Assembly: GCA_965204575.1 (NCBI GenBank)
Contig: OZ241993.1
Coordinates: 480,001-544,000, forward strand
Direction of reading: 5' to 3'
Length of the DNA stretch: 64,000 bases
Source of the DNA: an uncultured candidatus Porisulfidus sp.
GTDB lineage: Bacteria; Pseudomonadota; Gammaproteobacteria; Poriferisulfidales; Poriferisulfidaceae
Shown here: piece after piece, positions 1-8,361 of the stretch
How positions within the stretch are numbered: position 1 is the stretch's first letter
Layout: every line of letters begins with the position of its first letter
The notes under the pieces: model-generated
The model's database searches: none
What the model saw: the letters and a program-made list of their open reading frames with translations, nothing else
Told to the model about the DNA's origin: nothing
Translations under genes and position numbers: made by a program

Positions 1-1
1 C

Positions 2-208
2 GACGCCTACCAGGACTACGAAGCAACGGAAATCCACGAGGCCGCGCTCAAGGAGCTCGGACAATCGCTCGACCTGGAGGTGGAGCCCCAGGTCGTGCAA
101 GTAGAGAACCAGACACGCACGCTTACCGGGTCGGTCGAAGACCAGTACCAGCAGTGGCACGAAATCCTGAACGAGATCTACCTGTCGGAACGTGGCGGCC
201 TGAATTGA
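2..208 (+). CDS. C-terminal fragment of a conserved hypothetical protein (first visible gene of the motor/vWA operon)
   Basis: Frame 2 is open from the window edge (DAYQDYEATEIHEAALKELGQSLDLEVEPQVVQVENQTRTLTGSVEDQYQQWHEILNEIYLSERGGLN*). Its TGA overlaps the next TTG start. Confidence 0.75.
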   Translation, partial: DAYQDYEATEIHEAALKELGQSLDLEVEPQVVQVENQTRTLTGSVEDQYQQWHEILNEIYLSERGGLN

Positions 209-933
209 TCCCAGTCGCACTGGCGCTGGCGGCGGGGCTAACCGCAGGAACCGCCGCGGCCGAGGGCATCCAGGATCGGGCACTTCGCGCCATGCTGGAT
301 TCGGATTGGACCCGGGCGGTCGAGTTGTGGGCAAAGGTGGACGGGCAGCGAGCCCGGGAATACCTTCAGCAGGCCCGGGCGGAACTTCAGTATCAGCGAA
401 CCCGGTCCCTGCTGGACGAGGCCCGTGCAGCCCGACAGAAAGAAGACTGGGCTGCGGCCGATGCCGCCTACCTCAAGGCACTGGCCATTTCGCCCCATTT
501 GAAGCCGGCGCACCAAGGCCGAGAGCAGGTCGCCCTGTACATCGAGGCATACCGGCGGCTGGACGCGTTGAAACTGCCGGAAGGCCTCTACGACAAGGTC
601 ATCCGAGCCCGGGCGAAAGAGTGGCTCGCCTTTGTCCGAGAGAAACGACTCGGTGACCGAAAGATCGACAAGGCTCGCACAGGGCTTGTGGAGGCATTGA
701 AGCTGGCGCAAATCCCGGTCTCCCTGGTCCTGACTTCGGACAACCAGTCCGAAATTGAAATTTACGGCGTCGGGAAACTCGGGCGGCTCGAACGCCAGAC
801 CCTGAAGTTGATCCCAGGTGACTACATCGTCGTCGCCAACCGGCCCGGATACCGAGATGTTCGCGCGACGCTGAAAGTGCGTCCCGGCAAGGCTCTTACC
901 CTGGACATCCGATGCACGGAGTCGATCCGGTGA
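205..933 (+). CDS. Exported TPR-like helical protein with C-terminal PEGA-like beta domain
   Basis: TTG start overlaps the upstream stop. Signal peptide (PVALALAAGLTAGTAAA), TPR-like helices (WAAADAAYLKALAISP), PEGA-like tail (LIPGDYIVVANRPGYRD). Confidence 0.7.
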   Translation: MIPVALALAAGLTAGTAAAEGIQDRALRAMLDSDWTRAVELWAKVDGQRAREYLQQARAELQYQRTRSLLDEARAARQKEDWAAADAAYLKALAISPHLKPAHQGREQVALYIEAYRRLDALKLPEGLYDKVIRARAKEWLAFVREKRLGDRKIDKARTGLVEALKLAQIPVSLVLTSDNQSEIEIYGVGKLGRLERQTLKLIPGDYIVVANRPGYRDVRATLKVRPGKALTLDIRCTESIR

Positions 934-2747
934 TTCTTGAGCACGAACCGGTCCAGGCCAAGCCATACCGGCCGCCCAAGCGGGAAAGGCGCCGCAAACG
1001 GCCTTCAGCACCCCGATTCCGTGGGGCGGGGCTTGCGGTCCTGCTGCTGGCGCTGATGACGGCAGGAGCCTGGTACGCCATGGGGCAGGCGCAACTCATC
1101 AGCTTCGAGACCGATCCCGCAACCGCCACGGTGCACCTCGAGAGCCCGCACATGATGGTGAACGGGCAAGCCTTGCTCTGGCGTGGCCGGCATATCGCGA
1201 ATGTGGAAGCAGAAGGCCACTATCCCCGGCAGATCGAATTCCAGGCGGGAGGAGACGCGCCGCGCACCGTGCAGGTCACTCTAGACCCCTTGCCGGGCAA
1301 ACTCCGGGTTTCCACGACCCCTGAAACCGAGGGGAAAGTCCGGGTGGACGGCGAACACGCCGGGAAGATCGGAGAAATACTGGAGGATCTCTCCCCGGGT
1401 CGGCATGTCGTGCAGGTCAGCGTGGAGGGCTTCAAAATGCACCGGCAAACGGTAGAGATCGAGGGATACGGCCAACTGACCGAGATCGAGATTTCGCTCC
1501 AAAAAATCGCGGAACCCGCCTTGCTGACGATTTCCAGTACGCCCGAGGCCGCGGATATATTGATCGACGGCACTTGGCGGGGACGGACCCCGAAGCGGAT
1601 CGTGTTGACTCCCGATACCCGGGTGGAGGTCGCCCTGCTATTTCCCGGGCATGCCCCGGACCGGCAAACCTTTAAGCTGGAGCCCGGCCGGCAAAGCCAC
1701 ACAGTCACCCTGACACCACGCCTTGGCACCCTTGAACTTTGGCCGACGCCAACTAACGCGACGGTCCGCGTCGATGGACAGGTAGAGCTCCGGCGCCAAC
1801 TGCAGTTGGCACAGCGGGCCCATACCGTGGAGGTTTCCGCGCCGGGCTATGTAACAAAGAAATACACCGTGGTGCCCCACCCGGATACCCCGAAGCAACT
1901 TTTCGCCGTCTTGCAATCACAGGCGGAGGTCGAATACTCCCGGCGCCAGAAGCATGAACGGGGTCGCGGGCTGGTCTTCGTCGAGTTCCGGCCCCGCGAA
2001 TCGTTCGAGATCGCCACGACGCGCCGCCGCATCCCGGTGCGCCTAACCCGATCGTTCGCGATCATGGACAAGGAGGTCACCAACGCCCTTTACCGGCGCT
2101 ACCGGGCCGGACATGACTCCGGAGAAGTGTTCGGCAAGCGCCTGGACCGCCCGAGCCAACCGGTGGTGCGGGTCAGCTGGGCGGATGCCGCATTGTTCGC
2201 GAACTGGATGAGCGAACAGGTAGGGGTTGCGCCATTCTACCGGGTGCGCGACGGACAAATCGTGGGATTCGATGCGCAGGCGACCGGATACCGGTTGCCG
2301 AGTGAAGCCGAATGGGTCTGGTTGACCCGTTCCGGAAAGCGGCATGCCTGGGGTGACTTCATGCCGCCCCCGGACCGGTTCGGCAATCTGGCGGACGCTT
2401 CCGCCTCCGACATCGTGCAGCCGACACTGGAAGGATACAACGACGGGTATGCCGTCAGCGCCGACGTCGGAAGCTTCCCGCCTTCGGGCAAGGGGTTGTA
2501 TGATTTGCCGGGCAACGTGGCGGAATGGATGCACGACGTGTTTCTCGACAAGCTGCGGGTTTCGGCCCGGCCGGAGACAGAGCGAGTCAATCCGCTGGGC
2601 GAAGCCAGCGGCCAGTACTACGTTATCCGGGGATTCGGATGGCGCGACGGCGGGCGCAAGGAGTTGAGCCTGAGCAACCGCCGCTACGACCGCGACCCCA
2701 AGGACGACGTGGGGTTCCGGCTGGCTTATTACCTGGAGAAGCCATGA
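930..2747 (+). CDS. Membrane-anchored multi-PEGA + FGE-sulfatase (SUMF1-like fold) protein
   Basis: GTGA overlap with the previous gene. N-terminal TM helix, repeated PEGA motifs (STPEAADILIDG, GRHVVQVSVEGF), FGE-fold motifs EVTNALY, PVVRVSWADA, YRLPSEAEW, GLYDLPGNVAEW, VGFRL. Confidence 0.85.
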   Translation: MILEHEPVQAKPYRPPKRERRRKRPSAPRFRGAGLAVLLLALMTAGAWYAMGQAQLISFETDPATATVHLESPHMMVNGQALLWRGRHIANVEAEGHYPRQIEFQAGGDAPRTVQVTLDPLPGKLRVSTTPETEGKVRVDGEHAGKIGEILEDLSPGRHVVQVSVEGFKMHRQTVEIEGYGQLTEIEISLQKIAEPALLTISSTPEAADILIDGTWRGRTPKRIVLTPDTRVEVALLFPGHAPDRQTFKLEPGRQSHTVTLTPRLGTLELWPTPTNATVRVDGQVELRRQLQLAQRAHTVEVSAPGYVTKKYTVVPHPDTPKQLFAVLQSQAEVEYSRRQKHERGRGLVFVEFRPRESFEIATTRRRIPVRLTRSFAIMDKEVTNALYRRYRAGHDSGEVFGKRLDRPSQPVVRVSWADAALFANWMSEQVGVAPFYRVRDGQIVGFDAQATGYRLPSEAEWVWLTRSGKRHAWGDFMPPPDRFGNLADASASDIVQPTLEGYNDGYAVSADVGSFPPSGKGLYDLPGNVAEWMHDVFLDKLRVSARPETERVNPLGEASGQYYVIRGFGWRDGGRKELSLSNRRYDRDPKDDVGFRLAYYLEKP

Positions 2748-2962
2748 AACGGCTTTGGTGGGTGTCCCTGTACGCGGCGGCGGCCCTGGCGTGGGCCGAA
2801 GAGCCTCCTGCACCGCAAGCGGAAGAAGAGGACCGCGAAGTCATCGAAGTCCTGACCGAGGAGGATCTCAAGCGGGAGGCCCCGCAGATCACGCTCAAGC
2901 AATTGACCCCGAAAGAAACCATTTCCCTCGACCAAGCCGTGGATATGCCCAGTGACATTTAA
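2744..2962 (+). CDS. Small exported acidic protein
   Basis: ATGA overlap, signal peptide MKRLWWVSLYAAAALAWA, acidic linker, C-terminal PKETISLDQAVDMPSDI. Confidence 0.7.
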   Translation: MKRLWWVSLYAAAALAWAEEPPAPQAEEEDREVIEVLTEEDLKREAPQITLKQLTPKETISLDQAVDMPSDI

Positions 2963-3833
2963 ACTGAACAACCTGACCGGGCGCTGGCGCGAACACGAAG
3001 TGTTCTGGCAATTGCTGGCGTTGGCGGTGTCGTTCGTGCTGGTGCACGCGGCGTATGAACTGGTGGTGCGCCCAGTCGCCTATGAGGAGTTGCAGCGCCA
3101 GGCCGTTGCCGAGGAACAGGCTGAAATCGCACCGCCGACGCTTGGCGCGCGGATCGCCGTAGTCGTCAAGGACTACGAGCAGGAGGCCTGTTTTGTCGCC
3201 CTGTTCTGGGCACTTGCCATCATGTGGATGAAGCTGATGAAGCTGCGCTTCGCGCGAAGGCTGCTGAGCCAGCGTGGCCGGCAAGACGAGGAGAGTTTCC
3301 TGGAAACCCGGGAAACCGATCTGGTCCTGCCTCAGGCGCATGACCGGGCACGCTTCACCGACGTTCGGGAGTACGTGCGAATGCAGGGCTATGGCAGTAC
3401 CGTGCTCTACCGGGCTGCCGACGCCTGTCTGGATCGCTTCTTCACGACGCATTCCGTATCGGACGCCACTGCGGCCATGAAGGCCAGTTGCGAGATGGAG
3501 TCGGACCGGCAGGACACCGAACTGGCACTGGTGCGTTACCTGACCTGGGCCATTCCTTCGCTTGGATTCATCGGCACGGTGCGCGGGATCGGCGCGGCCC
3601 TGGGGCAGGCCGAAGAAGCCACGCGCGGCAACATCGGGCCGGTGACGGAAAGCCTTGGCGTGGCATTCAATTCAACGTTTGTCGCCCTGCTGATCAGCCT
3701 GTTCATCATGCTGCTGCTGCACAAACTGCAGGAAGCCCAGGAGTCGCTGGTACTGGATGCCCAGGAGCATTGCCAGCATCACCTGCTGCGTTACCTGCGG
3801 GAGCGGACGCGGACGGATGAGCCTTCTTCTTAG
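2952..3833 (+). CDS. MotA/TolQ/ExbB proton-channel family protein
   Basis: Four hydrophobic segments. Signature WAIPSLGFIGTVRGI...LGVAFNSTFVAL. Confidence 0.9.
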   Translation: MTFKLNNLTGRWREHEVFWQLLALAVSFVLVHAAYELVVRPVAYEELQRQAVAEEQAEIAPPTLGARIAVVVKDYEQEACFVALFWALAIMWMKLMKLRFARRLLSQRGRQDEESFLETRETDLVLPQAHDRARFTDVREYVRMQGYGSTVLYRAADACLDRFFTTHSVSDATAAMKASCEMESDRQDTELALVRYLTWAIPSLGFIGTVRGIGAALGQAEEATRGNIGPVTESLGVAFNSTFVALLISLFIMLLLHKLQEAQESLVLDAQEHCQHHLLRYLRERTRTDEPSS

Positions 3834-4728
3834 AATCGACAGCTACGCGCTGGCACAGCCCGACGGCACCGACTGGCGGGTCGAGTGGTGCTTGGCCCGC
3901 CGGAATTCAAAAGACGGTTGGCGATTCGGCAAGGATGCAGGCGAACGGCTGCAGCCCCGACGCACCGACAAGGAAAACAACGAATACCTGGAAGCACCGG
4001 GGACGGGAGAAAGCCGAGGCACGTCGAATATCGACCTTGCGTATTTGCAGTTGCGGGAATTCCTGCCGGAAGGGGAAGGCCCGATCGACCTTTCGGTGAG
4101 CGGAGGCATTGATCAATTGCGGCTCGAATGCTTGCTGGGCGTGCTGGAGGCCTTGGGCTACACGCCCCGAAGTGTATTCCCGACCGCACTGCTGGCAGCC
4201 CGGGACCTTGAACCCGGCCGCCACGGCATCATCGAACTCGGGCGCAGCCGCAGCTGGGTCAGCACCATTGACGTCCAGCCGGACCGTGCGCGACTGGAAT
4301 CGGTCCAGGATTACGGAGACTTTGGCTTCTATCACCTCTTCACTCAATGGATGGAGAACGCGGCGGAGGCCTTCGCGGCCCAGCACCGCTTCGATATGCA
4401 TCGCAACCTCGCGGCAAACCGCGGGCAGCTGTTCGAACAAATGTGCCAAGGCTTCGCCGGGAAATCCGGACAGATCCGGCTCACTCTGGATTCCCGGCCC
4501 GTGACGCTGGACGAAAAGATCTTTCAGGCCCGCTGGCCGAAGTCTTCTCTCGATACGGAGGGGCTGGAGTTCCTGCTGCTGCCTCCCCTGACGCGGGTAT
4601 TGCCGCTGCCGGAACAGGGGTTGGGTCTCCCTCTCTGCGCCAATCCCACGCCCCAGGCCGTCTCCGACCTGGACGCCGCCGTGCCGGAAGACGGGCAAGC
4701 CCGCCGCTGCGTGGCTCTCTCCTGCTGA
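3817..4728 (+). CDS. Cytoplasmic hypothetical protein, possibly a degenerate actin-like (GspL/PilM/MreB-like) fold
   Basis: ATG at 3817 overlaps the motA-like gene. No signal peptide. The motif HGIIELGRSRSWVS resembles an actin-like phosphate-2 strand. The fold call is inference. Confidence 0.55.
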   Translation: MSLLLRIDSYALAQPDGTDWRVEWCLARRNSKDGWRFGKDAGERLQPRRTDKENNEYLEAPGTGESRGTSNIDLAYLQLREFLPEGEGPIDLSVSGGIDQLRLECLLGVLEALGYTPRSVFPTALLAARDLEPGRHGIIELGRSRSWVSTIDVQPDRARLESVQDYGDFGFYHLFTQWMENAAEAFAAQHRFDMHRNLAANRGQLFEQMCQGFAGKSGQIRLTLDSRPVTLDEKIFQARWPKSSLDTEGLEFLLLPPLTRVLPLPEQGLGLPLCANPTPQAVSDLDAAVPEDGQARRCVALSC

Positions 4729-5772
4729 ATGTCCAGACGCCGCCGCAGCCGTTTCCTGAACCCGTTCGGCCTGGCTTTCCTGGATGTCATGTCCTGCGGA
4801 CTGGGGGCCGCGGTCCTGCTGTTCCTGATCATCGACCACAACCTGACCGAGCTGGCGCAGGCATCGGAAAGCGGCGAGGGAGATATGCAACTGCTGGAGC
4901 AGTCGATCCAGGAACAGGAAGAACTGATCACCGAGCACCGCAGACAGATGCGTCAACTGCAGCGCGAGCTGGAAAGCCTGGCGCAGCAGCGCGTGTCCGC
5001 CATCACCACCCAGGCCGAACTTAGCGCCCGCCAGCCGAAGGCATCCGACACGGCCCGGCTGGAACGGGAACTGCGCGAGCGCAAGAAGAAGCTCCAGGAA
5101 GCGGAGAAAAGCAAGCAGCTGAGGGCAAAAGAAGGAGAAGGGCAACGCCAGTACGTGGCCGGCTTCCGGGTCGAGGGCCGCCGCATCTTGATCCTGCTGG
5201 ATCGCTCGGCCAGCATGCAGGACGAGCGAATCGCCACGATCATCCGAAACAAGTTTCTCCCGGTGAAATACCAGGTCGAGAGCTACAAGTGGCGCTGGGC
5301 GCGTTCCATCTTCGAGTGGGTCCTCTCACACCTGCCGCAAGAGGCGCAATACCAAGTCTGGGGGTTCAGCACGACGGCGAAGCCGGCACTGCCGGGGAGC
5401 GGATGGCTGCCGGCAAAAGACGAGAAACGGATGGAAGAGGTCATCTCGGCCGTGCAGGGCTGGGTTCCTTCGGGGGGGACCCGCCTCGATACGACTCTCA
5501 AGGAGATTGCCCAGATCAAGCCCAGACCGGATGCAGTCTATCTGATTACGGACGGCCTGCCGACACAGGGAAAATCCTGGTTCAAGAAAAATCGGGTCAG
5601 CCCTTCCCAGCGCATGGATTTTTTCCAAGAGGCAACGGGAGGCATTGCGGGCCCGCCTTTCAACATTGTCCTGCTTCCGCTTGAAGGCGACCCGGCAGCG
5701 GCCGGGGCCTACTGGGGATTTGCGATGAGGACGAACGGGCAATTCCTCGCCCCGGCGGAGGACTGGCCATGA
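4729..5772 (+). CDS. Single-TM, coiled-coil, vWA-domain protein (ExbD/TolR-like N-terminus)
   Basis: TM segment FGLAFLDVMSCGLGAAVLLFLII, heptad region, MIDAS LLDRSASM ... GGT ... ITDG. Confidence 0.85.
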   Translation: MSRRRRSRFLNPFGLAFLDVMSCGLGAAVLLFLIIDHNLTELAQASESGEGDMQLLEQSIQEQEELITEHRRQMRQLQRELESLAQQRVSAITTQAELSARQPKASDTARLERELRERKKKLQEAEKSKQLRAKEGEGQRQYVAGFRVEGRRILILLDRSASMQDERIATIIRNKFLPVKYQVESYKWRWARSIFEWVLSHLPQEAQYQVWGFSTTAKPALPGSGWLPAKDEKRMEEVISAVQGWVPSGGTRLDTTLKEIAQIKPRPDAVYLITDGLPTQGKSWFKKNRVSPSQRMDFFQEATGGIAGPPFNIVLLPLEGDPAAAGAYWGFAMRTNGQFLAPAEDWP

Positions 5773-6734
5773 GGCGCGTCCGCCGGCAAGCCGACAACCA
5801 TTTGTCGTTTCTCGACGTGGTCAGCTGCGGATTCGGGGCCATGGTGCTGTTGATCCTGATCACTAAAACCACTGTGGGTGAGCCGGTCGAAGACCTTCGG
5901 GCCCAAATCGAAGCACTGCAGGAACAACTCTCACGCATCATTCAGGTCCGGGCAAGCCTGGCAACCGAACAACTTGCGGTGCAAACCCGGGTGCACGCTC
6001 AGCAGGAGAAGCTGCAGGACGAGCGGAGGGCCGTAGAGGAAGCGCGGCAGGCGAACGCTGGCGCCCAGGCGCAGGCCCTGATCGAGGCAGACCTGAAGAC
6101 CGCGCTGCAACGCCTCAATGAAGAAATGCGGCGGCTGAACCTGACTGCATCCAAGCCGGATGTGATCGGGGGCATCCCGGCCGACAGCGAATACATCATC
6201 TTTATTGTCGACACGTCCGGCAGCATGAAACGGTTTGCCTGGGAGGCCGCCAGGCAGCAACTGGTGGCTCTGCTGGACGCCTATCCGAAAGTGCGCGGAC
6301 TCCAAGTGATGAACGACATGGGCACGTACATGTTCAGCGGCTACCGGGGGCGCTGGATTCCGGACACGCCCGCACGGCGGAAGGTCCTCCTGCAACGCTT
6401 TGACTCCTGGCATTCGTACAGCAATTCGAGCCCCGTCGAAGGCATTCTGGAAGCCATCAAGCGGTTCCGCATGAAGTCCGACAAAATCAGTCTGTACATC
6501 TTCGGCGACGAATATACCGGCGAGTCAATCCAGCGGGTGATCGACACGGTTGAAGATCTCAACTACCGGGATGGGGAGCGGCAGGTCCGCATTCATGCGG
6601 TCGGGTTCTTCACCCGCGCGCAGATTGAGAAGATTGATCCGAAATACGCCGACACCACCAGCCGGTTCGCGGCACTGATGCGGGAATTGACCCGGCGCAA
6701 CGGAGGGACTTTTCTAGGGGTTACGGTGGATTGA
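5769..6734 (+). CDS. Single-TM, coiled-coil, vWA-domain protein (paralogue of the previous gene)
   Basis: TM segment LSFLDVVSCGFGAMVLLILIT, coiled coil, MIDAS IVDTSGSM ... FGDE. ATGA overlap. Confidence 0.85.
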   Translation: MRRVRRQADNHLSFLDVVSCGFGAMVLLILITKTTVGEPVEDLRAQIEALQEQLSRIIQVRASLATEQLAVQTRVHAQQEKLQDERRAVEEARQANAGAQAQALIEADLKTALQRLNEEMRRLNLTASKPDVIGGIPADSEYIIFIVDTSGSMKRFAWEAARQQLVALLDAYPKVRGLQVMNDMGTYMFSGYRGRWIPDTPARRKVLLQRFDSWHSYSNSSPVEGILEAIKRFRMKSDKISLYIFGDEYTGESIQRVIDTVEDLNYRDGERQVRIHAVGFFTRAQIEKIDPKYADTTSRFAALMRELTRRNGGTFLGVTVD

Positions 6735-6747
6735 AACTTAAAGAGAA

Positions 6748-6767
6748 ACGCCTCCCGGAGGAGGCGT
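6748..6767. terminator. Hairpin between convergent vWA and ankyrin genes
   Basis: acgcctcc-cgga-ggaggcgt, 8-bp perfect stem. Confidence 0.55.
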
Positions 6768-6816
6768 CGGGCCAGCGATACTCTCACTGGCGGGGATCGA
6801 AATTGTACACCAAGAT

Positions 6817-7455
6817 TTAGCCTGGGTGGGTCAAGATTTCTGGATCCATATTTATTTTCGCCCCAGCATTAACCAGAAGTTGCTGGATTTGAAAGTTTGA
6901 ATTGTACCGAGCCGCAAGGTGCAACGGCCTGTTCCCATTTCTGTTTTCCGCATTGACGTCTGCGCCTGCGTCAATCAGAGCCTGCAATGCTTCTTTGTTT
7001 AAATTGTCCTCCGCCGCATAATGCAACGGCGTGCACCCGCCTCCACTTTTCGCATGAACATCTGCGCCCGCATCAATCAGGGCCTGCAGGACTTTCTTCG
7101 AATTGTGCGGCGCCGCAAAGTGCAACGGCGTGTACCCGCTCTCGGTTTTCGCACGAACATTCGCGCCCGTGTCAATCAGAGTCTGCAGGACTTTCTTCGA
7201 TTTGTTCCGCGCCGCATAGTGCAGCGGCGTGCGCCCGCCCTCGGTTTTCGCATGAACATCCGCACCCGCATCAATCAGAGTCTGCAGAACTTTCTTCGAA
7301 TTGTCCCCCGCCGCAAGGTGCAGCGGCGTGCGCCCGAACTTATCTTTCACATGAACATCCGCGTCCATGTCAATCAGGAACTGCACGACTTTATTCGATT
7401 CGTCAAAAGCCGCGTCAAGCAACAGCGTCGTGTCCCTACTCTCGTCCTTTGCCAT
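6817..7455 (-). CDS. Ankyrin-repeat protein (about 6 repeats)
   Basis: Repeated G-x-TPLH-x-AA...LIDAGADV units at 33-aa period. Confidence 0.95.
   Translation of the reverse strand: MAKDESRDTTLLLDAAFDESNKVVQFLIDMDADVHVKDKFGRTPLHLAAGDNSKKVLQTLIDAGADVHAKTEGGRTPLHYAARNKSKKVLQTLIDTGANVRAKTESGYTPLHFAAPHNSKKVLQALIDAGADVHAKSGGGCTPLHYAAEDNLNKEALQALIDAGADVNAENRNGNRPLHLAARYNSNFQIQQLLVNAGAKINMDPEILTHPG
6880..7400. repeat. 99-bp tandem repeats encoding the ankyrin units
   Basis: Recurrent tcaatcagag-ctgcag-actttcttcga and ttttcgcatgaacatc at about 99-bp spacing. Confidence 0.85.
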
Positions 7456-7523
7456 ATGTCCCTATGCTACCACCCTAGCCTGAGAGTAGCCCCTGAACAA
7501 ATAACAAGGGGGCTTCAGAGTTT

Positions 7524-8348
7524 TCATAGCCGATGGGTGATCGCCAAGCGAAAGACTTCAAGTTCATTTTCAACCCTATATAAGCAAGGTTCCCGAGGGC
7601 CTCCCGGCCCGCAAGGGTTGTTGCCAGAGCGATTCACGTGGTGGTGGTTCTTTCCAAAATCCAGGTGAAGCCCCTCTAATCGCACCACCCAGCCTCCAGT
7701 CAACTGGACTTCGGCGCCAAGCCCGGCAACCCAGCCGGTTTCCGTCGAGCGATCATGAAAGGAATCGTCGAGATCCACCATCGCAGGTCGGTTCGGTCCA
7801 AAATCAATGTCGGTGACGAAGTTTTCGATCCGGGCCCATGCCATCCCTCCCGTGGCAAACACCGTCACAGAGCCGAACGATTTCTCGATTCCGACCCGGA
7901 CCGTGGTGATCCACTGAAACTCCGCCACGGCCGTCTCGTCAAGACCCTGGGGGTCGAGCTGGTTGGTCCGTGCTTCCAGGTCACCAATGGTCCCGTCCAG
8001 TTCAAGCCGGATCGAGGCATCGCCGAAGGTGAATTTCTTTCCGATCAGCGCGCCGCCGACGAAGCCGGAGTCCTTGTAGCGAGTCACTGAACCGGGATTG
8101 CCCCAGTTCGCAAAACCATCCGTATCGATTAGTCGATTGTCGGCTTGGGCGGAACCCACGAAAACACCCGCATAGGCTCCCGACCCATGGGGGCCCGACC
8201 AATCTTCCGCAGCAAAAACGGGGCCGCTTGCCGCAGCGATGAGCAGGGCGAACGCACCCAACGCCATTCCGTACAAAGCACCATTGTTCCTGTGTTCAGG
8301 CAAAGAAAATAGTTTCATTGTTACCTCGCTCCATGGCAATCCGGCCAT
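7524..8348 (-). CDS. Outer-membrane beta-barrel protein (Omp25/RopB-like)
   Basis: Signal peptide, DWSG..GAYAGVFVG start of the mature protein, TGWVAGLGAE, VRLEGLHLDFG strands. The true start may be a later Met. Confidence 0.8.
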   Translation of the reverse strand: MAGLPWSEVTMKLFSLPEHRNNGALYGMALGAFALLIAAASGPVFAAEDWSGPHGSGAYAGVFVGSAQADNRLIDTDGFANWGNPGSVTRYKDSGFVGGALIGKKFTFGDASIRLELDGTIGDLEARTNQLDPQGLDETAVAEFQWITTVRVGIEKSFGSVTVFATGGMAWARIENFVTDIDFGPNRPAMVDLDDSFHDRSTETGWVAGLGAEVQLTGGWVVRLEGLHLDFGKNHHHVNRSGNNPCGPGGPREPCLYRVENELEVFRLAITHRL

Positions 8349-8361
8349 GCTCGGTTGGGCT

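Noticed and set aside
930-2747. FGE-fold (C-type-lectin-like) protein as a diversity-generating retroelement target
   Set aside because: No reverse transcriptase and no template-repeat copy of its 3' end seen in this window.
2952-6734. Motor operon as Zorya or canonical Tol-Pal/TonB-ExbBD
   Set aside because: No OmpA-domain ZorB, long ZorA tail, ZorC/D/E, TolA/TolB/Pal or TonB in the visible part.
6880-7400. Regular repeats considered as a CRISPR array
   Set aside because: 99-bp in-frame coding repeats of ankyrin units, with no unique spacers and no cas genes.
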